A DNA stretch of 64,000 nt from an uncultured Alphaproteobacteria bacterium (GCA_963749575.1 CAVVNM010000014.1:79603-143602); one strand, 5' to 3'. Positions 49,229 through 59,956 are shown, counted from the first letter of the stretch. Program-made: numbers and translations. The notes: a model not told the origin generated them from the sequence alone.

Positions 49229-51547
49229 ATGACAGGTCGGTCCATTATAGGCGATACGCCCCGGCGGCGGGAGGATGCCCGCTTCACCACCGGCCAAGGC
49301 CGCTATCTCGACGATCTGCGCGGCGATGGTCCGGCGCACGCCGTGGTGCTGCGCTCGCCGCACGCACACGCGCGGATCAGCGGTGTGGACGCGAGGGCGG
49401 CGCAGGCGATGCCGGGCGTGCTCGCGGTACTCATCGGTGCTGACGCGAACGCCGATGGGTTGCAGCCCATGCGCCCGACCGTGGAAGCCAATGTGCAGAC
49501 CGGCGAGACGTTCGCGTTCGCGCCACAGCCGTTGCTGGCGGCAGACAAGGTCCGCCACGTCGGCGAGCCGGTCGCGCTGATCGTCGCCGAGACGCGTGCC
49601 CTGGCGCTCGATGCCGCCGAGCGGGTGGTGGTCGAGTACCTGCCGCTGCCGGCGGTCACCACGGCCGCCGACGCGTCCGCGCCAGGAGCGCCCCAGCTTT
49701 CCGCCGTGGTGCCTGGCAATGTCTGCATGGACTGGCGGTGGGGCGACGCGGACGCGACCGACGCAGCGTTCGCCGCCGCGGCACACACGGTCTCGCTGCG
49801 TCTCGATAATCATCGCATCGTCACCAGTCCGATGGAGCCGCGCGGCGCGGTCGGCAGCTTCGATGCGACGACCGGCCGCTATACGCTGTTCGTCTCCAGC
49901 CAGAACATCCACGGCAATCGCGACGCCACTGCCCGCGCACTTGGCGTGCCGGCGGCGGCGGTGCGGTTCGTCGCGCCCGATGTCGGCGGCGGGTTCGGCG
50001 CCAAGAACTTCACCTACGCCGAACATGCGCTGATCCTGTGGGCGGCGAGGCGCGTCCGCCGTCCGGTGAAATGGATCGCCACGCGCAGCGAGGGTTTCGT
50101 CTCCGACCACCAGGCGCGCGATCATCAGGCGGACGCCGAACTGGCGCTCGATGACGACGGACGGTTTCTGGCACTGCGGGTCATCAGCACGGCGAATATC
50201 GGCGCCTACATGGCAGGAGGTGCCGGCGCGGTGCAGACCAACCAGTACGTGCATCTGCAAGGCAGCATCTACGCGATCCCCGCTATCGCGCTGCGCGTCG
50301 TGACCGTGCTGAGCAACACCACGCCGATCGGCGTGACGCGCGGTCCTGGGTTTGCCGAGGCGGTGAACATCATCGAACGGCTGATCGACGCTGCCGCGCG
50401 GCAAGGCAACTTCGATCGCGCGGAACTGCGCCGTCGCAACATGGTGCCCGCCGCGGCGATGCCGATGACCAACGCGCTTGGGTTCTCCGTGGACAGCGGC
50501 AATTTCGCGCAGACCTTCGATCGGGCGCTGGCAGCGGCCGACGTCGCAGGCTTCCCCGGGCGGCGTGCCGAGAGCGAAACGCACGGGCTGCTGCGTGGTC
50601 TCGGCTACGCCTACCACATCAAGGCCACCGGCGGTTCGCCGCACGAGAACGTCGATATCCGTTTCGAGCCCGACGGTACGGTGTCGCTGATCACCGGCAC
50701 GCAGACCATCGGTCAAGGCCACGAGACGACGTTCCCGCAGATCCTCGCTGACCGGCTGGGCATTCCGAACCCGCTGATCCGCCTGTGCCAAGGCGACACC
50801 GACCTGATCCCGACCGGCGGCGGCCACGGCAGTTCGCGCGCGACCTATATGGGCGGCACGGCGATCTGGCGGGCGTCGGAGACGATCGTGCGGAAGGGTC
50901 GGACAGTCGCCGCCGACACGCTGGAGGCAGCAGAGGCCGACATCGTTTTCGCCGATGGACACTTTGCCGTCGCGGGCACCAACCGTTCAATCGCGCTGCT
51001 GGACGTGGCCGCCCGCGCGCGCGACGCCGGCACACCCCTCGACACCTATCATGCATGGACACGCGAGCACATGACCTACCCCAACGGTACCCACGTGGTG
51101 GAGGTGGAGATCGACCGCGATACCGGAGCGGTCGCATTGATGCGTCTCACCGCGGTGGATGACTACGGCGTACTGGTCAATCCGATGATCGCTGCCGGAC
51201 AGGCACACGGCGCGATCGCTCAGGGTGTCGGCCAGGCGCTGATGGAACACGCGGAGTACGACGCGCGATCCGGCCAGCTGCTGGCGGGTTCATTCATGGA
51301 CTACGCGCTGCCGCGCGCCGACGATCTGCCGCCATTCCATCTGGAATTCAACGCAACCCGCTGCACCACCAATCCGCTCGGCGTGAAGGGCTGCGGCGAG
51401 GCCGGCGCCGTCGCAATGCTGCCGGCGATCGGCAACGCGATCATGGACGCGCTGCAACCACTCGGCGTCACGCATTTCGACGGACCGGCGACACCGTTCC
51501 GGATCTGGCGTGCAATGCAGGGAGTCAGCCGTTCACCGCGCGAATGA
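49229..51547 (+). CDS. Xanthine dehydrogenase family protein, molybdopterin-binding subunit (CoxL/aldehyde oxidase-like)
   Basis: Start MTGRSIIGDTPRRREDARFTTGQGRYLDD (RBS gggaagg), 772 aa. No adjacent FAD or 2Fe-2S subunit genes. Confidence 0.85.
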   Translation: MTGRSIIGDTPRRREDARFTTGQGRYLDDLRGDGPAHAVVLRSPHAHARISGVDARAAQAMPGVLAVLIGADANADGLQPMRPTVEANVQTGETFAFAPQPLLAADKVRHVGEPVALIVAETRALALDAAERVVVEYLPLPAVTTAADASAPGAPQLSAVVPGNVCMDWRWGDADATDAAFAAAAHTVSLRLDNHRIVTSPMEPRGAVGSFDATTGRYTLFVSSQNIHGNRDATARALGVPAAAVRFVAPDVGGGFGAKNFTYAEHALILWAARRVRRPVKWIATRSEGFVSDHQARDHQADAELALDDDGRFLALRVISTANIGAYMAGGAGAVQTNQYVHLQGSIYAIPAIALRVVTVLSNTTPIGVTRGPGFAEAVNIIERLIDAAARQGNFDRAELRRRNMVPAAAMPMTNALGFSVDSGNFAQTFDRALAAADVAGFPGRRAESETHGLLRGLGYAYHIKATGGSPHENVDIRFEPDGTVSLITGTQTIGQGHETTFPQILADRLGIPNPLIRLCQGDTDLIPTGGGHGSSRATYMGGTAIWRASETIVRKGRTVAADTLEAAEADIVFADGHFAVAGTNRSIALLDVAARARDAGTPLDTYHAWTREHMTYPNGTHVVEVEIDRDTGAVALMRLTAVDDYGVLVNPMIAAGQAHGAIAQGVGQALMEHAEYDARSGQLLAGSFMDYALPRADDLPPFHLEFNATRCTTNPLGVKGCGEAGAVAMLPAIGNAIMDALQPLGVTHFDGPATPFRIWRAMQGVSRSPRE

Positions 51548-52379
51548 TCGCAGCCCATCGATCAAGCACCGGCAGGATCGTTGCCGCCTGCTCCGACGGC
51601 AGGCTGACCGACACCCGGTTCACGTCCAGCTCCTGATACCGCCTGATCAGATCGACGTCCTCCGCCTGTCCGCCGATCGAAATGTCGAACCCGTGCGGGT
51701 CGCGCCCGGCCTCCGCCGCCATCTGGCGGAAGCGCGGGATCAGTTCGGTCAGCGGTATCGGCGATCCCGCGGTGACCTGCGGCATCCAGCCATCGCCATA
51801 ACGCACCGCACGCCGTGCGCTGTACGGAAATGCCCCGCCCACAAGGATCGGAGGATGCGGCTTCTGCAAAGGCTTCGGCCGCGCCTGCATCGGACCGAAA
51901 TCCAGGAACTCCCCGTGATATTCTGCGGTATCCTGCGTCCAGATCGCCTGCATCGCCTCGATGCGTTCGCGCGCCAGCTTGTGACGCGTGGTGAAGCTGG
52001 TACCGTGGTTCTCCATCTCGTCCTGGTTCCAGCCATTGCCGACGCCGAACACGAAGCGCCCGCCGGACACCTGATCGATCGAGGCCACCAGTTTCGCCGT
52101 CTGGATCGGGTCGCGCTGCGCGATCAGGCAGACGCCGGTGCCGATCTTCAACGTGCTGGTCGCGGCCGCGGCCATCGCCAGGGTGACGAACGGGTCCATC
52201 GCATCATAGTAACGTTTCGGCAGATCTCCGCCCAGCACGAATGGCGTCTTGCGCGACAGCGGGATGTGCGAATGCTCCGGTGCCCAGATCATGTCGAAGC
52301 CGCGTTGTTCGAGCGCGCGGCCAAGTTCCGCCGGAGCCATCGAGTAGTCGGTGAAGAACATCGACGCTCCGAATTTCAT
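51525..52379 (-). CDS. LLM-class F420-dependent oxidoreductase
   Basis: Start MKFGASMFFTDYSM (frame-checked), 284 aa. 3' end overlaps the convergent Mo-enzyme gene by 23 nt. Confidence 0.8.
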   Translation of the reverse strand: MKFGASMFFTDYSMAPAELGRALEQRGFDMIWAPEHSHIPLSRKTPFVLGGDLPKRYYDAMDPFVTLAMAAAATSTLKIGTGVCLIAQRDPIQTAKLVASIDQVSGGRFVFGVGNGWNQDEMENHGTSFTTRHKLARERIEAMQAIWTQDTAEYHGEFLDFGPMQARPKPLQKPHPPILVGGAFPYSARRAVRYGDGWMPQVTAGSPIPLTELIPRFRQMAAEAGRDPHGFDISIGGQAEDVDLIRRYQELDVNRVSVSLPSEQAATILPVLDRWAAIIRAVNG

Positions 52380-52472
52380 GATGCCTCCGGTATCCCGCGA
52401 GCAAGCGCGTCGGTCGGTTGACTCTACAGACCACATCCTGTCACGCTTTCCGCTGGGCCAACAACTGGGGGA

Positions 52473-53612
52473 ATGGACATGCGCCGGATCGCAACAGCGA
52501 CGGCTGCGTTCGTCGCATTGCTGCTTATCGCCTTGCCTGCCTCGGCGCAGGACGTGATCAAGATCGCCGCCGGTGCCCCGCTGACCGGCCCGCTCGCAAA
52601 ACAGGGCCAGGAGGTCGCCAACGCCGTCAAACTTGCCGCCGAGGAATGGAACGCCAAGGGTGGCGTGCTCGGCAAGAAGATCGAGGTGATGGAGGCGGAC
52701 GATCAGGGCAACCCGCAGATCGGCGTCGCCGCGGCCGAGAAGGTTGCCGCCGACCCAGCGATCATGGGTTCCATCTGGGGCATCACCTCCGTCACCTGCA
52801 TTCCTGCGTCCGAAGTGCTCGACCGGTCCAACATCGTGCTGATCTCGCCGGGCTGCACCAATCCGAAGGTGACCGACCGCGGACTCAAGTCGGTGAACCG
52901 CGTCTGCGCCCGCGATGACTTCCAGGCACCGGCCGGTGCCGTATGGCTGATCGAGGAGCTCAAGAAGAAGAAGATCGCGGTGTTCGACGATGGCACCACC
53001 GGGCCGCGCGGCGGAGCCGATGAGTTCGAGAAGAAGGCCAAGGCACTCGGCGCCACCGTGATCCGCTATGTCATCCGTGCCGGCGACAAGGACTTCCGCC
53101 CGATCCTCGGCACCATTCCGAAGGACGTCGATGCCATCTATGCCTCCATCTGGGCGCCTGACGCGGCATTGCTGGTCAAGCAGCTGCCGGACGTCGGACT
53201 GAGCGTGCCGATGATGGGCCCCGACGGGCAGTTCGAGCCGGTCGACTATATCCAGGCATCCGCCGGCGCAGCGGAAGGCAACTACGTCAGCTTCCTGGTG
53301 CCCGACATGAGCAAGGTGCCCAGCGCACAAGCCTTCGCCAAGGCGTTCCAGGCGAAATACGGCACCGCCAGCTCGTATGGACCACTGGCCTATGAAGCGA
53401 CGAACATCCTGCTCAACGCGATCAAGACGGTCGGCAAGCCGGACCGTGCCGCCATTCGCGACGCGGTGCGCGCCACCAAAGGCTATCAGGGAATGCTCGG
53501 CAACTCGGTGACGTTCAACGACAAAGGCGACATCGATACCCAGACGATCTACATCTATCAGGTGAAGGGACCGGATTTCGTCCAGGTGAAGACGCTGAAT
53601 CTGGGAAGCTGA
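52473..53612 (+). CDS. HAAT-family periplasmic substrate-binding protein (LivK-like)
   Basis: 379 aa, intact. Signal peptide ...ALLLIALPASAQD. Confidence 0.85.
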   Translation: MDMRRIATATAAFVALLLIALPASAQDVIKIAAGAPLTGPLAKQGQEVANAVKLAAEEWNAKGGVLGKKIEVMEADDQGNPQIGVAAAEKVAADPAIMGSIWGITSVTCIPASEVLDRSNIVLISPGCTNPKVTDRGLKSVNRVCARDDFQAPAGAVWLIEELKKKKIAVFDDGTTGPRGGADEFEKKAKALGATVIRYVIRAGDKDFRPILGTIPKDVDAIYASIWAPDAALLVKQLPDVGLSVPMMGPDGQFEPVDYIQASAGAAEGNYVSFLVPDMSKVPSAQAFAKAFQAKYGTASSYGPLAYEATNILLNAIKTVGKPDRAAIRDAVRATKGYQGMLGNSVTFNDKGDIDTQTIYIYQVKGPDFVQVKTLNLGS

Positions 53613-53642
53613 GCAAGCTCAGCCAACCAGCGTCGCGCCTTC

Positions 53643-54446
53643 ATGGCGTCATCTGATCGCCGCGCGCCGCTGTTGGAGGTGCGCGGACTGTGCAAGGACT
53701 TCGGTGGCCTGCATGCGTTGCAGGCCATCGATCTCGATGTCCACGAAGGCGAGATCGCCGGCATCATCGGGCCGAACGGTTCGGGCAAGACCACATTCTT
53801 CAACGTGCTGTGCGGCATCCATCCGGCAACCTCCGGCCGGATCCGGTTCGGCGAGCACGCCGACATCACGCGCCTGGCGCCGCATCGCGTCACCCGCAGC
53901 GGTATCGCCAGGACATTCCAGAACCAGCGGTTGTTCAACCAGATGACCGTGCTGGAGAACGTGCTCGCCGGCATGGTGGCGCGCACGCGGGCAGGATTGC
54001 TGCCGATCATGCTCGGCATGCCCGGCGCACGCGCCGAGAAGGCCGCCGCCGAACAGCGCGCGGTGGAACTGCTTGGCCGGTTCGGATCGCGCCTCACGCC
54101 GCGCCGGGATCGCCGGGCCTATTCGCTGTCCTACGCCAACCGCCGTCGCCTGGAGATCGCACGCGCGATGGCCACCGAACCGCGCCTGCTGCTGCTCGAC
54201 GAACCGGCCGCCGGCATGAACCCGAGCGAGACACGCGAACTGATGGGCGATATCCAGCGCATCCGCGACGCGGGCCTTACGATATTGCTGATCGAACACG
54301 ACATGCGGCTGGTGAAGGGAATCTGCTCGCGCGTCGTGGCGTTCGACCACGGTGTGAAGATCACCGAGGGCAGCTTCGCCGACGTGCGCAATCATCCGGC
54401 GGTAATCGAGGCCTATCTCGGTCATCGCGCCGCTGCCGCCGCCTGA
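53643..54446 (+). CDS. HAAT-family ABC transporter ATP-binding protein (LivG-like)
   Basis: 267 aa, intact. GPNGSGKTT, YANRRRLEIARAM and LLLLDEPAAGMN motifs. Confidence 0.9.
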   Translation: MASSDRRAPLLEVRGLCKDFGGLHALQAIDLDVHEGEIAGIIGPNGSGKTTFFNVLCGIHPATSGRIRFGEHADITRLAPHRVTRSGIARTFQNQRLFNQMTVLENVLAGMVARTRAGLLPIMLGMPGARAEKAAAEQRAVELLGRFGSRLTPRRDRRAYSLSYANRRRLEIARAMATEPRLLLLDEPAAGMNPSETRELMGDIQRIRDAGLTILLIEHDMRLVKGICSRVVAFDHGVKITEGSFADVRNHPAVIEAYLGHRAAAAA

Positions 54447-54448
54447 GC

Positions 54449-55171
54449 ATGCCGCTACTGCAGCTCGACAACGTCATGGCATATTATGGGCCGGTCCGCG
54501 CACTGAACGATGTCAGCATCAACATCGAGGCCGGTGAGATCGTTTGCCTGCTCGGCGGCAACGCCTCAGGCAAGTCGACCACGATGAAGACGATCCTCGG
54601 CATGGTACGCGCGGCCGCGGGCAGCGTGCAGTTTGCCGGCGAGCGCATCGACCGCCTGCCGACGCAATCGATCGTCGCGCGCGGTATCTCTCTGGTGCCC
54701 GAGGCGCGCCGGCTGTTCGGCCGCATGACGGTGCGCGAGAACCTGATGATGGGCGCGTTCAGCCGTCGGCATGAATTGACCACCGATCTCGATGCCGACT
54801 ACCAGCGTGTCTTCGCGCTGTTCCCACGCGTCCAGGAGCGGCTCGATCAGTATGCCGGCACACTGTCGGGTGGCGAGCAGCAGATGGTGGCGATCGGACG
54901 CGCACTGATGGCGCGACCGAAGCTGCTGCTGATGGACGAACCATCGATGGGGCTGGCGCCGGTGTTCGTCGATCAGGTGTTCGACATCATCCGCTCGATC
55001 AACCAACAAGGCACCACGATCCTCGTCGTGGAGCAGAACGCTGCCGTGGCACTCGGCATCGCGCATCGCGGCTACGTGCTGCAGAGCGGGCGCATCGTGG
55101 GCGCCGACACCGCTGCGGCGCTGCTCGCCTCCGACGATATCCGCCGTGCCTATCTCGGGGATGAAGACTGA
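54449..55171 (+). CDS. HAAT-family ABC transporter ATP-binding protein (LivF-like)
   Basis: Start MPLLQLDNVMAYYG (frame-checked), 240 aa. GGNASGKST and LSGGEQQMVAIGRAL motifs. Confidence 0.9.
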   Translation: MPLLQLDNVMAYYGPVRALNDVSINIEAGEIVCLLGGNASGKSTTMKTILGMVRAAAGSVQFAGERIDRLPTQSIVARGISLVPEARRLFGRMTVRENLMMGAFSRRHELTTDLDADYQRVFALFPRVQERLDQYAGTLSGGEQQMVAIGRALMARPKLLLMDEPSMGLAPVFVDQVFDIIRSINQQGTTILVVEQNAAVALGIAHRGYVLQSGRIVGADTAAALLASDDIRRAYLGDED

Positions 55172-56122
55172 ATGCTGAGCTACAGCGACATACTTGCCAT
55201 CCTGCCGCAGCAACTGGTGTTCGGCCTTACGCTGGGAACGGCGTACGGCCTGATCGCGATCGGCTACACCATGGTCTACGGTGTGCTGTTCATGATCAAC
55301 TTCGCGCACGGCGACGTGTTCATGATCGGCGCCTATGTCGGCTGGGCGCTGCTCGGGGTGTTGTTCGCCTCGCACATCGTGCCGATGCACCCGCTGTTGG
55401 TACTGCCCATATTGCTGGTTGCGGCGATGGCGGTCACCGGTTTGCTCGGCCTGTTGCTGGAGCGGCTGGCCTACCGCCCGCTCTATCAGCGCGGCGCGAC
55501 GCGTCTCGGGCCGCTGATCAGCGCGGTCGGCGCCTCGATCTTTCTGCAGAACGCGGTCATGTTGATCGCCGGCGCGCGCGAGAAGGTCTACATGACCTAC
55601 GCGGTCTTTCCGCGCACCTGGCGCTTCAATCTCGGCGGCATCAGCATTTCGGTACTCGTCGTCGTCATCGGGTCGATCGCAGTGGCGATGATGCTCGGGC
55701 TCAATCAACTGGTGCAGCGCACCTGGCTTGGCCGCTCGATCCGCGCGGTGGCCGAGGACCGCGAGATGGCAGCGGTCATGGGCATCGATGTCTGGCGCGT
55801 CGTGGCACTGACCTTCTGCATCGGCTCAGCACTCGGCGGCGCCGCGGGCGTGCTGATCGGCTTCTACTACACGCAGGTGGATTTTTATATGGGCTACTCC
55901 GCCGGGCTGAAGGCGTTCACCGCGGCGGTACTTGGCGGCATCGGCAATGTGCGTGGCGCGATGCTCGGCGGACTGCTTCTCGGCGTGGTGGAAAGCCTGG
56001 CGGTGACCTTCATCAATCCGGCATTCAAGGACGCGATTGCCTTCGTGGTGCTGATCCTCGTGCTGACGTTCCGTCCCGGCGGCCTGCTCGGCGAGGCGCT
56101 GCCTGACTGGAAGCGCGTCTAG
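55172..56122 (+). CDS. HAAT-family ABC transporter permease (LivH-like)
   Basis: 316 aa, intact, polytopic. Start abuts the upstream stop. Confidence 0.9.
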   Translation: MLSYSDILAILPQQLVFGLTLGTAYGLIAIGYTMVYGVLFMINFAHGDVFMIGAYVGWALLGVLFASHIVPMHPLLVLPILLVAAMAVTGLLGLLLERLAYRPLYQRGATRLGPLISAVGASIFLQNAVMLIAGAREKVYMTYAVFPRTWRFNLGGISISVLVVVIGSIAVAMMLGLNQLVQRTWLGRSIRAVAEDREMAAVMGIDVWRVVALTFCIGSALGGAAGVLIGFYYTQVDFYMGYSAGLKAFTAAVLGGIGNVRGAMLGGLLLGVVESLAVTFINPAFKDAIAFVVLILVLTFRPGGLLGEALPDWKRV

Positions 56123-56126
56123 CGCG

Positions 56127-57120
56127 ATGCGGGCACTGCTCGCACCATGGCACCGCCTGGCCGTGCCCGCGGCGGTGGCGGCAGCGCTGGCAATACCGGC
56201 ATTTGCGCCGAACGCCTATGTCATGGGGGTCATCACCCGCATCTGTCTCTATGCGCTACTGGCACTGGGGCTGAACGTCGTCGTCGGGTTCGCCGGCCTG
56301 CTCGACCTGGGCTACGTCGCGTTCTTCGGCATCGGCTCCTACGTCTATGCGTTCTTTTCATCGCCGCATTTCGGACTGCACTGGCCGTTCCTGGTGGTGC
56401 TGCCGATCTGTGTGGGGGTGACAGCGATCTTCGGCATCCTGATCGGCGCGCCGACGCTCCGGCTGCGCGGCGACTACCTCGCGATCGTCACGCTGGGTTT
56501 CGGCGAGATCACCTACATCCTGCTGATCAATCTCGACCGGCCGATCGACATCACCGGCGGACCGAGCGGCATCATCACGATCGATCCACCGTCGTTCTTC
56601 GGCTTCGCCCTGCGCGACAACTGGCAGTACTACTATCTGATCCTGGTGCTGATGGGCGCGGCAGGTACTGATGTCGCGACGGCTTCGGGATTCGCGCATC
56701 GGCTGGGCGTGGCAGGCGATCCGCGAGGATGAGCTGGCAGCGCAGGCGATGGGCATCAACACCACCGTGGCGAAATTGCAGGCGTTCGCGATCGGTGCGG
56801 CATTCGCCGGCGCCGCCGGCGCGTTTCTCGCCTCCTGGCAGCGCTCGGTGTTTCCCGACAATTTCCTGTTCACCGAGTCGGTGAACATTCTGGCCATGGT
56901 GATAATCGGTGGTGTCGGCAGCCTGCCCGGAGTGATCCTGGGCGCGACGCTCATTGTCGCGCTGCCGGAGGTGTTCCGAGATTTTGCGCTGTATCGGATG
57001 CTGGCGTTCGGACTGCTGCTGATGGTGCTGATGATCTTCCGTCCGGGCGGGCTGCTATCCTTCACCGGGCCGCGCGAGGAGGCCGATCCCACCGAAAGCG
57101 CGCCGGTTCAGGCGGAGTAG
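56127..57120 (+). pseudogene. HAAT-family ABC transporter permease (LivM-like), one apparent extra base near 56658
   Basis: ORF 56127..56732 stays conserved until ...YYYLILVLMG. It continues in the frame of ORF 56671..57120 (LMSRRLRDSRIGWAWQAIREDELAAQAMGIN...). Length minus 1 nt gives 331 codons. Confidence 0.8.
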
Positions 57121-57121
57121 A

Positions 57122-57137
57122 TCGCGGGCGACCGCGA
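57122..57137. terminator. Short hairpin between convergent genes
   Basis: tcgcgg-gcga-ccgcga: 6-bp stem filling the 17-nt gap between two stop codons. Confidence 0.25.
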
Positions 57138-58232
57138 CTACTGCTCCACCATGCCCATCCACCACATGGTGCGTTGTCCGACATCGATGTCATACGCGCG
57201 CGCGAAATGCAGCCCGCCATCCTCGCCGATGCGGAACAACGAGAGCTGCGCGCCTGTGATGTGCGCAACCGCCATCAGGCGACCGCTGGGATCGATGTGG
57301 AAGGTGCGCGGATGTACGCCGTAGGTATCGATGTGCTCGATCAGGTGCGGCTCGCCGCTCGATTGGTCAATCGTGTAGACCGCCAGCGAGTTCTCGCCGT
57401 CGGCGCTGCCGGCACGGTTGGCGACATAGGCGGTACGTCCGTTCGGATGCACGTGCACGGTGCCGACTGCCTGACGGGTTACCGGCGCCCGCCCCAGGGC
57501 GTTCTTCCGAAACCGCGGCGTTGGCGACAGCGCGCCATTCGCGAGCTCGAACATGTCAAGCGCATTCTCCCGTTCCAGCGACACATAGACCCACGGCTTC
57601 GACGGATGGAAATCCAGATGTCGCGGCCCAAAGCCATAGCCGCCGTCGGGCGCAACCGAGACACCGTTGCTCAGTACGCCGTCCTTGAAATCGAACACCT
57701 TCAGCGCGCCCGGCTCCTCCGGCTTGCCGTCGGCGGCATCGTGGCCGCGAGTGACCAGGATGACCTGCCGGTTGTCCGGCGTCGCGCGCACCTGATGGGC
57801 GAAGATGCCCGCATCGATCGGCCCAGGCTGCGCGACCTCCTCGCCGGGCGTTCCATCCGCATTGATCCGGTAGACGCGGAGTGCGCTGGGATTGTTGAAC
57901 GCGACCAGCACGTACTGCGAGGGAATGTCGGTCGCCATGTGAATCGGCCGCGTCGGCAACCCGATCGGCGCGCCATGCGGGCTGAGCGCGCCGCTGTCGG
58001 GGTCGATGCGCAGCGCAGTCACGTGATGCGAGCTGCCGGCCGCGCCCATGCCCGACGCGCTGTCGCTGGTTGCCGCATAGAGGAATCGCCGCGACGCATG
58101 CGGCCAGACGTACTGCACGTTTGCCGGCAGTCCGATCGTGTCGCGACGGGTCAACGCCGCTCCTGCCACATCCACGTCGTAATGCGTCAGTTCCGGCCCG
58201 ACGCTCGCGTACAGCGATATTTTGTTTGGCAC
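57138..58232 (-). CDS. Lactonase-family 7-bladed beta-propeller protein
   Basis: 364 aa. Repeated propeller-blade pattern resembling 6-phosphogluconolactonase/muconate-lactonizing-type lactonases (YVANRAG..., HPRTFHIDPSGR). Confidence 0.65.
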   Translation of the reverse strand: MPNKISLYASVGPELTHYDVDVAGAALTRRDTIGLPANVQYVWPHASRRFLYAATSDSASGMGAAGSSHHVTALRIDPDSGALSPHGAPIGLPTRPIHMATDIPSQYVLVAFNNPSALRVYRINADGTPGEEVAQPGPIDAGIFAHQVRATPDNRQVILVTRGHDAADGKPEEPGALKVFDFKDGVLSNGVSVAPDGGYGFGPRHLDFHPSKPWVYVSLERENALDMFELANGALSPTPRFRKNALGRAPVTRQAVGTVHVHPNGRTAYVANRAGSADGENSLAVYTIDQSSGEPHLIEHIDTYGVHPRTFHIDPSGRLMAVAHITGAQLSLFRIGEDGGLHFARAYDIDVGQRTMWWMGMVEQ

Positions 58233-58236
58233 GTTG

Positions 58237-59319
58237 CTACCCCCACGGCTGGACTATGATCTTGGCATGCTGCTCGGGGTTCGCCAGGTCGGCAAACGCG
58301 CCCTTCACGCCGTCAAGTCCGACATGGCCGGTGATCAGCGGCGACACGTCCACCTTGCCTTCGGCAATGTGATGCAGGGCGGCGGCAAATTCCTCGCCGG
58401 TATAGCCCAGCACGAACTGTAGATTGAGCTGCTTGATGATGCCGAAGAACGGCTCGAAGCGGTCGGTCTCCATGCACACGCCGACCACCACGATGCGCGC
58501 ACCCGCCGGCGCGCCGTCGATGATCTGCTGGATCACGCCGGGGACGCCGACGCATTCGAACATCACCGCCGGCCGCTGCTTTGGGCCGCTGCCGAACAGC
58601 TGCGCATAGCGGCTGCCGTCATAGCCTGCGGGCGTCGCGGCATCCTGCCAGCTCTGATACGGCGAGGTCGCCGCCGGATCGATCACGACATCGGCGCCCA
58701 TCCGCAGTGCGAGCGCACGCCGTCCCGGCGAGAAATCCGCGGCGATGATCGGATGCACGTTTTGGATCTTCAGACCGGCGATCACCGACAGACCGACCGG
58801 GCCGCAGCCGATCACCAGCGGCACATCGTCATCCGCAAGCCGCGCGTTCTGCACGGCGTGCCAACCGACTGCGATCGGCTCGGTGAGTGCCGCCTTGTCG
58901 GCAGGCAGCCCGTTCGGCACTTCGAGCAGCAGACGCTCGGCCAGCGGCATGTACTGCGCGTAGCCGCCGGCAATGTCGTTGGAATAGCCGATGCCCTGAA
59001 CCGTGGTGCCGGCGATCGTCATCGGCATCGAGCAGACCAGCGTACCAGGCTTCAGGCGCTTGTCGGTAGCGGGACCATGTTCGACGATCTCGCAGCAGAA
59101 TTCGTGGCCGAACACCACGTCGCGTGCCGGATCCATCGGCCAACGTCCGCCCGCGCGGCGCGAACGGTCAACGAACTGCTGGGTGTACTTCGCCGCGTGC
59201 AGATCGGTGCCGCAGATGCCGCAGCACAGCGTCTTCACCAGCACCTGACCCTCGGCCGGCGTGGGATCGGCGACGGTGTCGACGACGATGTCGCCGTTGC
59301 GGAAGATCGCGGCACGCAT
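58237..59319 (-). CDS. Zinc-dependent alcohol dehydrogenase family protein
   Basis: Start MRAAIFRNGD (frame-checked). Catalytic Zn motif CGICGTDLH and Rossmann motif VIGCGPVGL. Confidence 0.8.
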   Translation of the reverse strand: MRAAIFRNGDIVVDTVADPTPAEGQVLVKTLCCGICGTDLHAAKYTQQFVDRSRRAGGRWPMDPARDVVFGHEFCCEIVEHGPATDKRLKPGTLVCSMPMTIAGTTVQGIGYSNDIAGGYAQYMPLAERLLLEVPNGLPADKAALTEPIAVGWHAVQNARLADDDVPLVIGCGPVGLSVIAGLKIQNVHPIIAADFSPGRRALALRMGADVVIDPAATSPYQSWQDAATPAGYDGSRYAQLFGSGPKQRPAVMFECVGVPGVIQQIIDGAPAGARIVVVGVCMETDRFEPFFGIIKQLNLQFVLGYTGEEFAAALHHIAEGKVDVSPLITGHVGLDGVKGAFADLANPEQHAKIIVQPWG

Positions 59320-59341
59320 GGCAGTTCCCCCGATTTGTTCG

Positions 59342-59956
59342 TTACGAAGCCAGCATCGTGCGAATGTCGGGCAGGTGCTCGCTGCCCCAGAACAGTTCGC
59401 CGTCGACGACGAAACTCGGCACCCCGAATACGCCTTTCGCCTCCGCCGCGCGGCTAACCAAGGCCACCTCGTCACAGCCGGCTTGCGCCTGCGCGGCAAA
59501 TGCTGAGCCATCGGCGCCGGACTCCGACAGCACCGCGGAGATAACCGCGACGTCCTCGATGTCCAGTTCGCGCTTCCAGAAGCGCTCGAATACCGCGTCG
59601 TGATAGCGGCGGAACACCGCATCGCCGACGCGCTGCGCGTACCGCATTCCGGCAGCGGCCAGCGCAGAGTCCCAGATCTTCTGCGGACCGCGGATCACCA
59701 GTCCACGTTTGCGCGCCTGGCGGCGACAGTCCATGTAGCTGTAGCGCACGCGGCGCCACTGATGGGCGTTGCGGTTCTCCTCCAGCACGCTGCCATCCGC
59801 GTCGAGCCGCGCCGAGCCAAGGAAGCTTGGGATGTCGAGCACGTAGGGCAGCCATTCCAGCCGCACCGAAAAATCGCGCTCCAGTCGGTATGCCAGGTCC
59901 TTGGCCAGATAGGCGTACGGACTCTTGTAGTCGGTGTACACCGTGATGCAGCGCAT
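59342..59956 (-). CDS. 2-hydroxychromene-2-carboxylate isomerase / DsbA-like thioredoxin-fold protein
   Basis: 204 aa. MRCITVYTDYKSPYAYLA and C-terminal GVFGVPSFVVDGELFWG are typical of the family. Confidence 0.8.
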   Translation of the reverse strand: MRCITVYTDYKSPYAYLAKDLAYRLERDFSVRLEWLPYVLDIPSFLGSARLDADGSVLEENRNAHQWRRVRYSYMDCRRQARKRGLVIRGPQKIWDSALAAAGMRYAQRVGDAVFRRYHDAVFERFWKRELDIEDVAVISAVLSESGADGSAFAAQAQAGCDEVALVSRAAEAKGVFGVPSFVVDGELFWGSEHLPDIRTMLAS

